A stretch of 56,688 nt of DNA, from positions 1 to 56,688 of the forward strand of contig CAZKZS010000002.1 of NCBI GenBank assembly GCA_964557285.1, read 5' to 3'. Shown here piece by piece: positions 25,455 to 33,952 of this stretch (positions are counted from its first letter, which is position 1; each line of letters begins with the position of its first letter). Made by a program: the position numbers and the translations under genes. The stretch comes from an uncultured Anaerolineae bacterium. Its GTDB lineage: Bacteria > Chloroflexota > Anaerolineae > Aggregatilineales > J027. The notes beneath the pieces are model-generated. The model saw only the letters and a program-made list of their open reading frames with translations, had not been told where the DNA came from and made no database searches.

Positions 25455-26809
25455 CGGGAGGGCTCCTGGTGTCCGTGTCTGGCTTTCCAGCGGGGCAGCG
25501 CCTCGGCGAGCGGCCACTGTCCGGCGGCGGCCTGGTAGTTGACCATCCATGCCGTGTCTGCGTCCGGCGTGCGCTTGCGTGAGTACAGCGTAAACAGCCC
25601 TCGGTATTTCATGCTGTTGGGGTTGTCCGTGAAGGCGGTCGTGAAGACGTGGCGAACCCGGTGTTTGTTCATTCGTTCCGCCAGCACCTGGGCCTCGCGG
25701 CTGAGCGCGGCGTACAGCACCAGCTTGGACAGGCGCGGGTAGTCGGTCGGCGCGACGGCGAAGTCGGACAGCAGGTAGATCGTGTCCGGGGCGCTGAAGG
25801 GGTGGGACGGGCTGCTGAAAGCGAAACATCCGACCAGCCGGCCGTCGACCAGGACGGCATAGGCTGGTCCGGCAGCACCCGGCGCGATGTGCCGGTTCAG
25901 GTACTGGGAGCGCAGTGCGTTGAACTGCGCGGGGGTGAGCGGGGCCAGGGACAGGGTATCGCCAATCGGCTGCCCTGGGGACAGGCGCGGCAGCGGCACG
26001 GCGGCCAGCGGCTGGCGGGGCTGCACCACGCCGATTTTGTGGGTCGAGGAGTACATATACACCTCCGGGGCGCGGGGTGTAGTTTTGACGACCCCCCGGA
26101 GCGCCAGGTCGGGTATCTGGAAGTTGAGCCAGAGAATCCAGTGGGCGCGGGTGGCGGCGATGTGCTGGGCCATCCGGGTGATGTCGGCCTGGTTGAGGAG
26201 AGTGTACGCGGGCTGCGGCCAGTCAAACAGGGTGTTGATTTTGGCGAACAGCCGCTCGTAGCCGCCGGCGAAAAACGGCGGAAAGGACAGGAAAGCCGCC
26301 CCGTCGGGCAGCTGGTCGATCCGATCCAGCACGTCCCCGTTGAAGTAGGAGGCCAGCGGCAGGCGCACCGTACCCAGCCGGGCGCGGGTGGTGTCGAGCA
26401 GGCCCTCCCACTGCTGGCGATAGGCGGCCAGCATCCGGCGGTGATACGGGTTGTCGCGCCCCTGTCCGGTTTGGTCCAGGTGGTCGACCATCCGCGTGAG
26501 CAGCATGACGGTGGCGACTTTGCCGTCGTCGGTGGCGAGGCCGGGCTGCATCCACGCCAGGGCGTCGGCAGCGGACGGCTTCAACTGAAAGTGGATCGGC
26601 TGCCCGGCGAAGAACTGCCCCAGGACGTAGGAGTAGACCGAGACATCGTTGCTGTGCAGGCGCATCCCTGGCGCGTACTCGTAGAGCAGCCGCTCCAGGG
26701 TGAAGTGGCCGGAACAGCCAACGTACACGTCGCTGACCTGCCCGACCCATTCGCGGACGGCGGCAGCGATCATCGATCTCACATCGGGCATAGTGGTTCC
26801 CAGAAACAT
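25451..26809 (-). CDS. Two-domain protein: Dam-like (D12-class-like) methyltransferase-fold N-terminal half with atypical FPPF motif, plus uncharacterised C-terminal domain
   Basis: ATG at 26807-26809 with an AAGGA RBS. VYVGCSGHF (motif-I-like) lies about 155 aa before LSFPPFFAGGYERLF (motif-IV-like). The C-terminal VLVDGRLVGCFAFS...IYLLSDFAV is GNAT-like. The assignment is tentative. Confidence 0.3.
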   Translation of the reverse strand: MFLGTTMPDVRSMIAAAVREWVGQVSDVYVGCSGHFTLERLLYEYAPGMRLHSNDVSVYSYVLGQFFAGQPIHFQLKPSAADALAWMQPGLATDDGKVATVMLLTRMVDHLDQTGQGRDNPYHRRMLAAYRQQWEGLLDTTRARLGTVRLPLASYFNGDVLDRIDQLPDGAAFLSFPPFFAGGYERLFAKINTLFDWPQPAYTLLNQADITRMAQHIAATRAHWILWLNFQIPDLALRGVVKTTPRAPEVYMYSSTHKIGVVQPRQPLAAVPLPRLSPGQPIGDTLSLAPLTPAQFNALRSQYLNRHIAPGAAGPAYAVLVDGRLVGCFAFSSPSHPFSAPDTIYLLSDFAVAPTDYPRLSKLVLYAALSREAQVLAERMNKHRVRHVFTTAFTDNPNSMKYRGLFTLYSRKRTPDADTAWMVNYQAAAGQWPLAEALPRWKARHGHQEPSR

Positions 26810-26834
26810 ACGGGGAGTCCTTTGGAAAGAAAAA

Positions 26835-26876
26835 GGCCCGGTCGCAGAGGTACTGAGGGGAAGGTGCGGACCGGGC
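26835..26876 (-). terminator. Hairpin terminator/attenuator after the tRNA-like gene
   Basis: Minus strand: GCCCGGTC ... GACCGGGC (8-bp stem) followed by CTTTTTCTTTCC. An A-run on the other side makes it potentially bidirectional. Confidence 0.5.
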
Positions 26877-26895
26877 AAAAAGTGAAAAATGGTTA

Positions 26896-26966
26896 AGCGG
26901 ACCCCCGGACTCGAACCGGGCAATCCGGCGCGGTACGCCGGCACAGCACCTGGCTGTCCAATCCGC
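26896..26966 (-). tRNA. tRNA-like gene, Gly-type identity with anticodon ACC (atypical)
   Basis: Hand-folded cloverleaf: acceptor GCGGATT/GGTCCGC, D arm ACAG-CCAGGTG-CTGT, anticodon arm CCGGC-GTACCGC-GCCGG, variable loop ATTG, T arm CCCGG-TTCGAGT-CCGGG, discriminator T. Atypical features are G8, G32 and A34. No encoded CCA. Confidence 0.5.
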
Positions 26967-26977
26967 GTGCTGCCTTC

Positions 26978-27007
26978 ATGGTAAATCAGAACAGGTGTTC
27001 AAGTCAA
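26978..27007 (-). promoter_or_regulatory. Promoter of the tRNA-like gene / packaging operon
   Basis: Minus strand: TTGACT (27007-27002), 18-nt spacer, TACCAT (26983-26978). The tRNA 5' end lies 12 nt downstream. Confidence 0.5.
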
Positions 27008-27016
27008 GCACGGCTT

Positions 27017-27029
27017 CCGAACCGTTCGG
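27017..27029. repeat. Palindrome copy CCGAACCGTTCGG (TTCCGAACCGTTCGGAT)
   Basis: Exact core in the divergent control region, 10 nt upstream of the minus-strand -35. Confidence 0.9.
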
Positions 27030-27073
27030 ATAACTGCGGGCGTCTTTTTCGCAAACTTTTAACATTTCCCCTC

Positions 27074-27102
27074 TTGACACAAACTACACAATAGTGTAGG
27101 AT
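27074..27102 (+). promoter_or_regulatory. Promoter P2 with operator CTACAC-AATA-GTGTAG
   Basis: -35 TTGACA (27074-79), 17-nt spacer, -10 TAGGAT (27097-102). Palindrome at 27084-27099. Followed by a TTAACAATC box and a leader hairpin at 27132-27153. Confidence 0.75.
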
Positions 27103-27180
27103 GATAATAACTTTAACAATCTTATCCACCTGCGGCGGCCAGCACACCGCCGCGTTAGCAAAGAAAGAAGGGACTTACCA

Positions 27181-27369
27181 ATGGTAGACAAAGACCTCCT
27201 CAAACTGTACGAAACGCTGAAGTCACAGGCTGACGACGACAGCACGGTCGGCTGTGAAATCTACAGCCTGTTTATCGACCTGCTCACCATCGCCGTCGCG
27301 GACGGCCAACTGGCTCCAGAGCAGCTGGCGATGGTCGAAAACACCGGAATCGACGAGATGATGAGTTAG
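27181..27369 (+). CDS. Small acidic protein
   Basis: 62 aa, rich in D/E. SD AGAAAGAAGG. It is the first gene after P2. Confidence 0.6.
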   Translation: MVDKDLLKLYETLKSQADDDSTVGCEIYSLFIDLLTIAVADGQLAPEQLAMVENTGIDEMMS

Positions 27370-27431
27370 TTCGCAGGGGGGTTTTTCCCCCCTCCCTCCC
27401 TTATCCACCTCAAGAAAGAAGGGGCTTACCA

Positions 27432-27677
27432 ATGGTGATCAAACATGACGCAGTAGAAGCACTAGAACTCCTCCGCGAGGAAATCGAGGAACGGCTGGAG
27501 CAGATCGAGAATATTCTCCGCGATTTTCCTGAAGCCGAGACCAGGGCCAGAGCCTACTGGCTGGCGCATATCCGCACCGCTCTCCGGGACGACTCCGATT
27601 ACCTCGGCGGGTCAGCCATCACCATGGACGACACCATCCGCGAGATCGACGGCGAGCTAAACGCCGACGCAGAATAA
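27432..27677 (+). CDS. Small acidic helical protein
   Basis: 81 aa. SD AGAAAGAAGG. Flanked by G/C hairpins. Confidence 0.6.
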   Translation: MVIKHDAVEALELLREEIEERLEQIENILRDFPEAETRARAYWLAHIRTALRDDSDYLGGSAITMDDTIREIDGELNADAE

Positions 27678-27732
27678 CGGTTAGAAAGGGGGGAGGCCAG
27701 CACCCTCCCCTTATTCAAGAAAGAAGGACGCG

Positions 27733-27981
27733 ATGTTAAATGTAAGCAGGGCAGCCTGGAATTTTCTTCTCGACGTGGAAGCCGAACTCGTTTACTGGCA
27801 AGAGAACGAGCGGATTCCGTATAACAAGGTGCTGGGTGAGCCGTATCCGCAGCTGGTCGTCGTCGAAACGCTGGGGATGTGGGGCGCCACCAAGCGCGTT
27901 GAACCTACCCTGGACGGCGGCGACGCGGGCGTATGGGAGTGCCAGCTGAGCACAGCCGGCCGCGCGGCGTTGCACGGGTAG
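27733..27981 (+). CDS. Hypothetical protein
   Basis: 82 aa. SD AGAAAGAAGG. Confidence 0.55.
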   Translation: MLNVSRAAWNFLLDVEAELVYWQENERIPYNKVLGEPYPQLVVVETLGMWGATKRVEPTLDGGDAGVWECQLSTAGRAALHG

Positions 27982-27991
27982 GAGAGATCGC

Positions 27992-28019
27992 AGCCTGCGC
28001 GAGGGCGCGGGCTTTTTTT
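27992..28019 (+). terminator. Rho-independent terminator
   Basis: AGCCTGCGC gagg GCGCGGGCT followed by T7. Confidence 0.7.
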
Positions 28020-28116
28020 GCCTGGGGTCATCAGAACGCCAGGTCCCCCAGCGGGCGGTGCCCCGCTTTTTGAGGGGCGCTGTCCCGCTTTTCCCCGTTT
28101 TTCTAACCTAAAACCC

Positions 28117-28145
28117 TTTACTCATTATACACAACAGTGTATAAT
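28117..28145 (+). promoter_or_regulatory. Promoter P3 with operator TATACAC-AACA-GTGTATA
   Basis: -35 TTTACT, 17-nt spacer, -10 TATAAT (28140-45). 7-4-7 palindrome at 28126-28143. TTAACAATC box and leader hairpin at 28173-28198. Confidence 0.75.
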
Positions 28146-28217
28146 GATAATACCTTAACAATCAATTTCAGCGGCGCAGACCAGCACACCCCTGCGCCCA
28201 AAAGAAAGAAGGATCCT

Positions 28218-28730
28218 ATGGGTTTCACAAGCTGTATTTCGACAAAAGTGAATACGGTCGATTTTCGCGGCACCTGCGGGCTGACCGACGCGGAGATCGA
28301 GGCCGCCGCTGCCCACATTCGCCGTCTGCTGCTCGCCGCCGGGCGGGTGACGGAGCGCGATATCGTGTGGGTGTTCTACCCTGGCAACCTGGTCTTCCTG
28401 CTGGAACGCGGCGGGCGGACGCTGAAAGACCTTCAGATTGAGCGCACCGGGCGGACAACGGTCACCGTGCGTGCGCCCCAGCCGGCAGCGCCCCAGCCGG
28501 GCGAGGTGCTGTTCATCACCGACGGCACCTGCGACTACCTCACCACCGTCATCCCTCCGCAGTTGGGTCGTTCCCTGGCCCTCTGTGCGACGCACCCGGT
28601 CAGCGGTTTCCCGCTGGTCTGGACCTTCTGCTGGACGGGGACACACTACGCGCTGTTTACCTATCGGCAGGAGATGAGCAGAGAAGGCAAGTTTCTGTTG
28701 GAGCGCAGCGTCAACCAGGCGCTGGCGTAA
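28218..28730 (+). CDS. Hypothetical protein
   Basis: ATG at 28218 after AGAAAGAAGG. 170 aa. Confidence 0.6.
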   Translation: MGFTSCISTKVNTVDFRGTCGLTDAEIEAAAAHIRRLLLAAGRVTERDIVWVFYPGNLVFLLERGGRTLKDLQIERTGRTTVTVRAPQPAAPQPGEVLFITDGTCDYLTTVIPPQLGRSLALCATHPVSGFPLVWTFCWTGTHYALFTYRQEMSREGKFLLERSVNQALA

Positions 28731-28793
28731 CCGGATGGGGCGGGCCGCCGCCCCCATTCTCTCGTCAATCAGCACACAAGAAAGAAGGACACG

Positions 28794-29150
28794 ATGTGGC
28801 TTACTGAAGATCTGCGGCAGCAGGCACCGAGCGTCATCAAGAACCTGGTGCACACGCTCAAAGACTGCGGCTACGACGATGAAGCCGCCTGGCGGGCCGC
28901 CGCCACTCACGCGATGAACGCGGCCACGCTGAGCTTCCGCCAGCGGCTGTGCCTGGCCCGCATTGAACGGACGGGCGCGGACAACGGGGATACAGCAGCG
29001 TTCAATTTTTTGAGGTTGAACGGGTACGTGTACCGTCATCCGGTCAGCAAGCGCTGGTGCCTCACCAGCGGACGCGGCGAGATCGCGCTGTACGCGCATC
29101 GGCTCAAAATGGTGCAGCCGCTCATGGCTGAGGAGAAAACGCATGGCTAA
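28794..29150 (+). CDS. Hypothetical protein
   Basis: SD AGAAAGAAGG preceded by CAGCACAC. 118 aa. Confidence 0.6.
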   Translation: MWLTEDLRQQAPSVIKNLVHTLKDCGYDDEAAWRAAATHAMNAATLSFRQRLCLARIERTGADNGDTAAFNFLRLNGYVYRHPVSKRWCLTSGRGEIALYAHRLKMVQPLMAEEKTHG

Positions 29151-29898
29151 GCAGCTGGGTTTTTTCGGAGACAAAACGGTGCGGGAAGCAGCGCAGGAGG
29201 TCCCCCGGCAGGCGGGGCTATTCCCGGTGCAGCAGACACTGGGCGGTCGGCAGGCGCCGCTGACGACCGCTTCCGGGCCGCTGGTGCTGGACATCCAGTA
29301 CACTGAGACGCCGGAGGAGCGGGCAGCGCGCGAGGCGAAAGAACGCACCGCCCCCCTTCCAGAACTGTGGGTGTGCAAGGCCAGCGGGCAGCCGCTCCCG
29401 GCCGCGCCCAGCCGGGACTCCTGGCTGACGTTTTTCGTGGAAAAGGAACAGAGTCGGATCGTGCGGCAGAACGACCGCATCAACGCCTGGCTGGCCAGGA
29501 ACGGGTACGAGGCGCTGCCGTTCGTGCCCTGCTGGCGCGAGCAGAACCGGCAGGTGCCGGGCGGGCCGGGAATCAATCCGGGCGAGGCGCCGAGTGTGGT
29601 GCGGCTGTGGCAGCGTTACGCGCAGTTGTGGACGGCTTTTGTCGAGCGGGTGTCCCTCGTGGAGATCGGGACCCTGCTGGACCGGCTGCGTGGACTGCCG
29701 AACCTGTATATGCGGAACTACCACGCGGTCGCCCATGCGATTGAATGGCTCGACGACACGCCGTCCGCACGGATCGGCTGGGAGGGGCTGCGCGAGCGCT
29801 ACCTCCTGGGCAGCGGCACCTACTACGTTTATACACGGCAGGATGGGCGGGTGCGGGTGAACTTCGTGCCCGTCCTGGTGCTGGGAAAGGAGGCGTGA
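29143..29898 (+). CDS. Hypothetical protein
   Basis: ATG at 29143, RBS AGGAG. 251 aa. Confidence 0.6.
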   Translation: MAKQLGFFGDKTVREAAQEVPRQAGLFPVQQTLGGRQAPLTTASGPLVLDIQYTETPEERAAREAKERTAPLPELWVCKASGQPLPAAPSRDSWLTFFVEKEQSRIVRQNDRINAWLARNGYEALPFVPCWREQNRQVPGGPGINPGEAPSVVRLWQRYAQLWTAFVERVSLVEIGTLLDRLRGLPNLYMRNYHAVAHAIEWLDDTPSARIGWEGLRERYLLGSGTYYVYTRQDGRVRVNFVPVLVLGKEA

Positions 29899-29899
29899 G

Positions 29900-30271
29900 A
29901 TGCCGCTCAAGAAACGTGATCTGGTGCGCTACCTTCCCTCCCAGCGCTTCCTGCTGCTGGAAGGCCAGCTGGGGATCGTGACCGAGGTCGCGGAAGGATT
30001 TGTCCGCGTGGCGCCCTGGAATTTCCCCCAGGGAAGCGAACTGATTGTAGAAGCGGACTGGCCTGTGTATCTGGAACGGGTCGCGGCCAGGCCAGAGCTG
30101 GAACGGCTGCTGGTCATCCTAGAGGCCATGCTGAAGCAGGCGCTGTGGATCGCCAGCGTGATGCAGCCCGCGCCGGAGTCTTTTCCGGCCTGCCAGGAGA
30201 CGCTGCTCAACGGGCTGCGGCTGCTCCAGCACCTGGCGGGTGAGATTCCGAACCCTTCGGAGGAACCCTAG
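29900..30271 (+). CDS. Hypothetical protein with SH3/KOW-like N-terminal segment and helical tail
   Basis: 123 aa. Its architecture resembles the next gene. Confidence 0.5.
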   Translation: MPLKKRDLVRYLPSQRFLLLEGQLGIVTEVAEGFVRVAPWNFPQGSELIVEADWPVYLERVAARPELERLLVILEAMLKQALWIASVMQPAPESFPACQETLLNGLRLLQHLAGEIPNPSEEP

Positions 30272-31093
30272 ATGAGCGCTAAAAAACTCTCGCTCCGGCG
30301 AAAAGGAGAAAATATGGAGAAGCGGTTCAAGGTCGGTGACACGGTGTTCGTGGCCGCCCCGACGTTTCATCAAGGCGAAGGCGGTGTGGTGATTGAGATG
30401 GAGCCGGCGTGGAAAACGATTTACGTCGTGCGGTTCAGCGACGGGTCGGAAGATGCGTTCTTTGAGGATCAGCTGACGGACACGCCCACCCGCTTCGCCG
30501 TCGGAGACCTGGTGCGTTATAATCCGAGCCTGCGCTATCAACAGACGGCTGGCGAGACGGGAGTCATCACCAAGATCGAGGACGACAAGCTCATCATCGA
30601 ACTGTGGGACAAACGCCCGCTGACGGGAATCGTCGCAGTGAAGGAGGCGCCGAACCTGCTGGACAAGGTTGCGGTGACGCGCTGGCTAAAGAAACAGACC
30701 GTCGTGCGCTTCAAACACTGGGCCGATTTGCCGCACTTCGCGGAGGAGGTGTACGATCCGCCGTCGAGGGAATCGGTGCCGGTCGACACCTACGGCGTCA
30801 TCGTCGCGGTCGAGGCGGCCCGCTACGGGGTGCGGCTGGCGGAGAACGGGCAGGTCGTGGCCCTGCCCGCCGTCGACTGGATGAAGGTTGTCGCGGAAGT
30901 GGATCAGGTGGACTGGGATCGCGTCGCGGCCCTGCTCGGTGAACTGCAAGTCGCGCTGGAAGATGCGATGTGGCTGGTCAGAGTCCACTTCCTGGCGCAG
31001 GGGCAGGAGCCGGAGAAATATGTCGTGGCGCGTGGGATGCTCTGGAAAGGGCTGCGAATCTACCAGCAGCTGGCCGAGGAACAGCGCCGCTAA
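30272..31093 (+). CDS. Hypothetical protein with three SH3/Tudor-like GD.V repeats and helical tail
   Basis: RFKVGDTVFV.., RFAVGDLVRY.. repeats. An alternative ATG lies at 30314 with an AAGGAG RBS. Confidence 0.55.
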   Translation: MSAKKLSLRRKGENMEKRFKVGDTVFVAAPTFHQGEGGVVIEMEPAWKTIYVVRFSDGSEDAFFEDQLTDTPTRFAVGDLVRYNPSLRYQQTAGETGVITKIEDDKLIIELWDKRPLTGIVAVKEAPNLLDKVAVTRWLKKQTVVRFKHWADLPHFAEEVYDPPSRESVPVDTYGVIVAVEAARYGVRLAENGQVVALPAVDWMKVVAEVDQVDWDRVAALLGELQVALEDAMWLVRVHFLAQGQEPEKYVVARGMLWKGLRIYQQLAEEQRR

Positions 31094-31114
31094 ACGGTGA
31101 AAAAGGAGAAAAGG

Positions 31115-31141
31115 AAGGGGAGCGCATCCCCTCCCTTTTTT
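31115..31141 (+). terminator. Rho-independent terminator
   Basis: AAGGGGA gcgca TCCCCT followed by CCC and T6. Confidence 0.65.
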
Positions 31142-31145
31142 ACCC

Positions 31146-31174
31146 TTAACACACACTACACAGTCGTGTATAAT
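31146..31174 (+). promoter_or_regulatory. Promoter P4 with operator TACAC-AGTC-GTGTA
   Basis: -35 TTAACA, 17-nt spacer, -10 TATAAT (31169-74). Palindrome at 31157-31170. Confidence 0.7.
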
Positions 31175-31204
31175 CATTAAAGCACATAAGAAGGAGGATC
31201 ATCC

Positions 31205-31756
31205 ATGCAAATCAGGGTTCTGTTCTCGTATACCGAGAAGAACGTCATCCCGAAGGGCTGCCGGAAGCCGCGTAATGTCCGTCATGACGACGGCGAGCGG
31301 CTGCTGGAAGTCCGGGAAGTCGCAAGCACGGACGCCCCCATCGCGCTGCGGGTGACCCCGGCGAACACGTTTCACCGCTACGATCATCCGCTGGAGTACC
31401 GCTGGCTGGATGGCAAGCTGTGGCTGCCCTTCCAGGCATGGTATCCCAGCGGCACCGTGCCGGCGCTTAAACCGGAGTACAACTTTGTCGGCCGGTGGGG
31501 ATCGGAGTTCCAGGCCGCGCCGCCGTACCGCACCTTCGCCAGCCGAGAAGATGTTGAGCGACTGTTGGACTCATGGGCGGCGGGCACGGTGCTGATTGAT
31601 GGGGTGCAGTACATCCCCATTGACCACGAGCCGTACTGGCGGGTTTTTTGCGGCCGCGAAGACTACAGCGATGGCGGTTCAACCCGTTTCACAGCGCCCG
31701 ACAGCTGGAAAAAGTGTACGCCGCCGGCGACCTGGCAGGGGCGGTCGCGCATTTGA
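31205..31756 (+). CDS. Hypothetical protein
   Basis: RBS AAGGAGGA. 183 aa. Confidence 0.6.
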   Translation: MQIRVLFSYTEKNVIPKGCRKPRNVRHDDGERLLEVREVASTDAPIALRVTPANTFHRYDHPLEYRWLDGKLWLPFQAWYPSGTVPALKPEYNFVGRWGSEFQAAPPYRTFASREDVERLLDSWAAGTVLIDGVQYIPIDHEPYWRVFCGREDYSDGGSTRFTAPDSWKKCTPPATWQGRSRI

Positions 31757-32358
31757 AGGCGTGGCGCCTGTCCAACCAGGTCGAGGTGCCGTTCAACAGC
31801 GCTGAAGATGTGTCCGGCAGTGTCGAGATTCTGATGGCGGAAGCGCTGCAATTCGATCCACGCGCCCTGGAACGCGACCTGCTGCGGAAGGAACACGCGG
31901 CCGCTGTTGAGGCGCTGATGAGAGAACGGAGCGACGCGCAGAAGTGGCTGAAGGAGGTCGAGCGCCGGCTGAAGGAACACGGCGTCGATCTGGTCGCCTG
32001 TCCGGTCGTGGAGGTGAGCCGCGATGACCTGCGGGCCATCGGGTACGACCCGACCCGGATCACCGATGACGACCTGCGCCGGCTGGCGGACGACTGCGCG
32101 GGTGAATACCTCGCTGAAGTCTTCGCCGAGCAGCTGGTGGAAAAGGCGGCGCTGCGGTTCCTGCCGCGCCTGAACCCGGACGAGCGCACCTGGCTGGTCT
32201 GTGACGCCGCCGGCAGCATCCTGCGTGTGGAAGTGTACACGCTGGCGCGGGCGCAGCGAGAAGCGGCTGCCTTCCCCCACTTCATCCTCCAGACCGAGGT
32301 CGACGGTGTGCCGGTCACGCTGGACGCCTTTCTCAAGGAGCAGGGCCATGTCGGATAA
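31753..32358 (+). CDS. Hypothetical coiled-coil protein
   Basis: TTG at 31753 overlaps the upstream TGA (TTGA). The first ATG is at 31834. The start is uncertain. Confidence 0.5.
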   Translation: MKAWRLSNQVEVPFNSAEDVSGSVEILMAEALQFDPRALERDLLRKEHAAAVEALMRERSDAQKWLKEVERRLKEHGVDLVACPVVEVSRDDLRAIGYDPTRITDDDLRRLADDCAGEYLAEVFAEQLVEKAALRFLPRLNPDERTWLVCDAAGSILRVEVYTLARAQREAAAFPHFILQTEVDGVPVTLDAFLKEQGHVG

Positions 32359-33295
32359 ACCCCACTGCGCGATTACCGGACAGCCCATCGATGGGCTGGG
32401 TGTGTGGTACGGTGACCAGCTGGTCAGCCGGGAGACGTGGGCGCGGATTGAAGCCTACGCGGATCAGGTGAACGCCCGCGCTGCCCGCCTGGCGGAGCGG
32501 GCCGCCCGGACCCAGCAGGAAGCCGCCAGCGACCTGAACCGCGCCCGCCAGATGGCATCGCACATTCCCTTCGGGCAGCCGATCCTGGTCGGCCATCACA
32601 GCGAGGGGCGGGACCGGCGCTACCGGGCGCGGATTGATCGCACGTACCGTCGCGGTTTCGAGAAGCTGGAAAAAGCCAGACGGCTTGCCGAACGGGCAGA
32701 CGCGGCGGCGGCCACTACCGCCATCCAGACCGAAGACCCGGCGGCGCTGCTGAAGCTGCGGGAAAAACTGGCGGCACGGGAAGCCGCTCAGCAGACCATG
32801 AAGCAGGAAAACGACGCCGTGCGAAAGGCAGTGAAGGCGGCGCCCGACGACAAAACCGCCCAGGTGAACGCGCTGGTGGGTCTGCTGCCCGGCCTGACCG
32901 AGGCGCGGGCCTTCCAGCTGCTGACCCCGGATTTTCTGGGCCGTCGCGGCCACCCGGACTACAGGCTGAAAAACAACGGCGCGGAAATCCGGCGCCTGAA
33001 GCACCGCATCCAGAGTCAGGAAGCGCGGGAAAAGCAGCTGGCGGCGCAGGACAGCGCGGCGCCGCTGGTCGAGCAGCGCGGCCAGGTGACGGTCGAACGG
33101 GACGTGGCGGCCAATCGGCTGCGCCTCCGCTTTCCGGGCAAGCCAAGCGCGGCGATTCGCACGGAACTCAAGGGGCGCGGCTTCCGTTGGGCGCCAAGCG
33201 AGGGCGCGTGGCAGGCGTATTTGACAGCCCGCGCCGAATGGGCTGCCGATTTCATCGTCAACGCCTATCACGAGGAGGTGGGCCATGAACGTTGA
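32348..33295 (+). CDS. DUF3560-like protein
   Basis: Internal ATG at 32348. FGQPILVGHHSEGRDRRYR motif and long helical repeats. 315 aa. Confidence 0.55.
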   Translation: MSDKPHCAITGQPIDGLGVWYGDQLVSRETWARIEAYADQVNARAARLAERAARTQQEAASDLNRARQMASHIPFGQPILVGHHSEGRDRRYRARIDRTYRRGFEKLEKARRLAERADAAAATTAIQTEDPAALLKLREKLAAREAAQQTMKQENDAVRKAVKAAPDDKTAQVNALVGLLPGLTEARAFQLLTPDFLGRRGHPDYRLKNNGAEIRRLKHRIQSQEAREKQLAAQDSAAPLVEQRGQVTVERDVAANRLRLRFPGKPSAAIRTELKGRGFRWAPSEGAWQAYLTARAEWAADFIVNAYHEEVGHER

Positions 33296-33944
33296 AGGGC
33301 AAACCCCACGCCGCATCCGGGCGCTGAACCGCCGGCGGGAAAAGCTGCTGGCGGAACTGGAACAGGTCGAGGCCATGCTGTGTGAACTCGGCGCACCGGC
33401 TGAAGATAAGGAGTTTGTAGTCGTCAGCATCGACCGGAATATGACTCAGGAGCTGGGCTATGACGGGTACGCCGTTAGCGACGAGGTGATGGCCCTGGTC
33501 GCCGGTGCCTGCGCCAGCGAGGGCGTGAACGCGCAGGTGTGGGACCACCTGGAGGAGGCGTGCCGCCAATACCGCCTGCCGCTGTGCGGGGGCGCTGATA
33601 GGGTGCTGCGGGGCGAGGAGTTCATCTGGTACCGCTTCACCCCGGACGGCCAGCGCAGCGCCCTATCCTACATCCTGACCCTGGAGGAGGCAGCACGCGA
33701 TCTGTCGAACGCCCTCTTAAAAACCGAGTACACCGAGGGCGCCTGGCTGACCCCGCAGGAAGTCATCGAGATGGAAGGCGGCCTGTATGACTGGGTGCAG
33801 GTTTATGATGGCGACCCGCCGCGACGGGGCGGGGAACACCGGATGACCCGCTCGCAGGCCCGTGCCGCTTGTGAGGCCGGCTGGCGCTACGAAACGCGAA
33901 TCGATGGGGTGTGGCTGACTCCGGATCAGGTGCCGGACCGCTAG
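33285..33944 (+). CDS. Hypothetical protein
   Basis: GAGGAGG RBS. 219 aa. Confidence 0.6.
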   Translation: MNVEGQTPRRIRALNRRREKLLAELEQVEAMLCELGAPAEDKEFVVVSIDRNMTQELGYDGYAVSDEVMALVAGACASEGVNAQVWDHLEEACRQYRLPLCGGADRVLRGEEFIWYRFTPDGQRSALSYILTLEEAARDLSNALLKTEYTEGAWLTPQEVIEMEGGLYDWVQVYDGDPPRRGGEHRMTRSQARAACEAGWRYETRIDGVWLTPDQVPDR

Positions 33945-33952
33945 TTTTGCAC

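Noticed and set aside
26896-26966. The tRNA-like sequence as a prophage attachment-site remnant (attP/attL core)
   Set aside because: A complete cloverleaf is present, not only the 3' half. It has its own promoter and a downstream hairpin, and no integrase was recognised. I kept it as a finding, but as an expressed gene rather than an att site.
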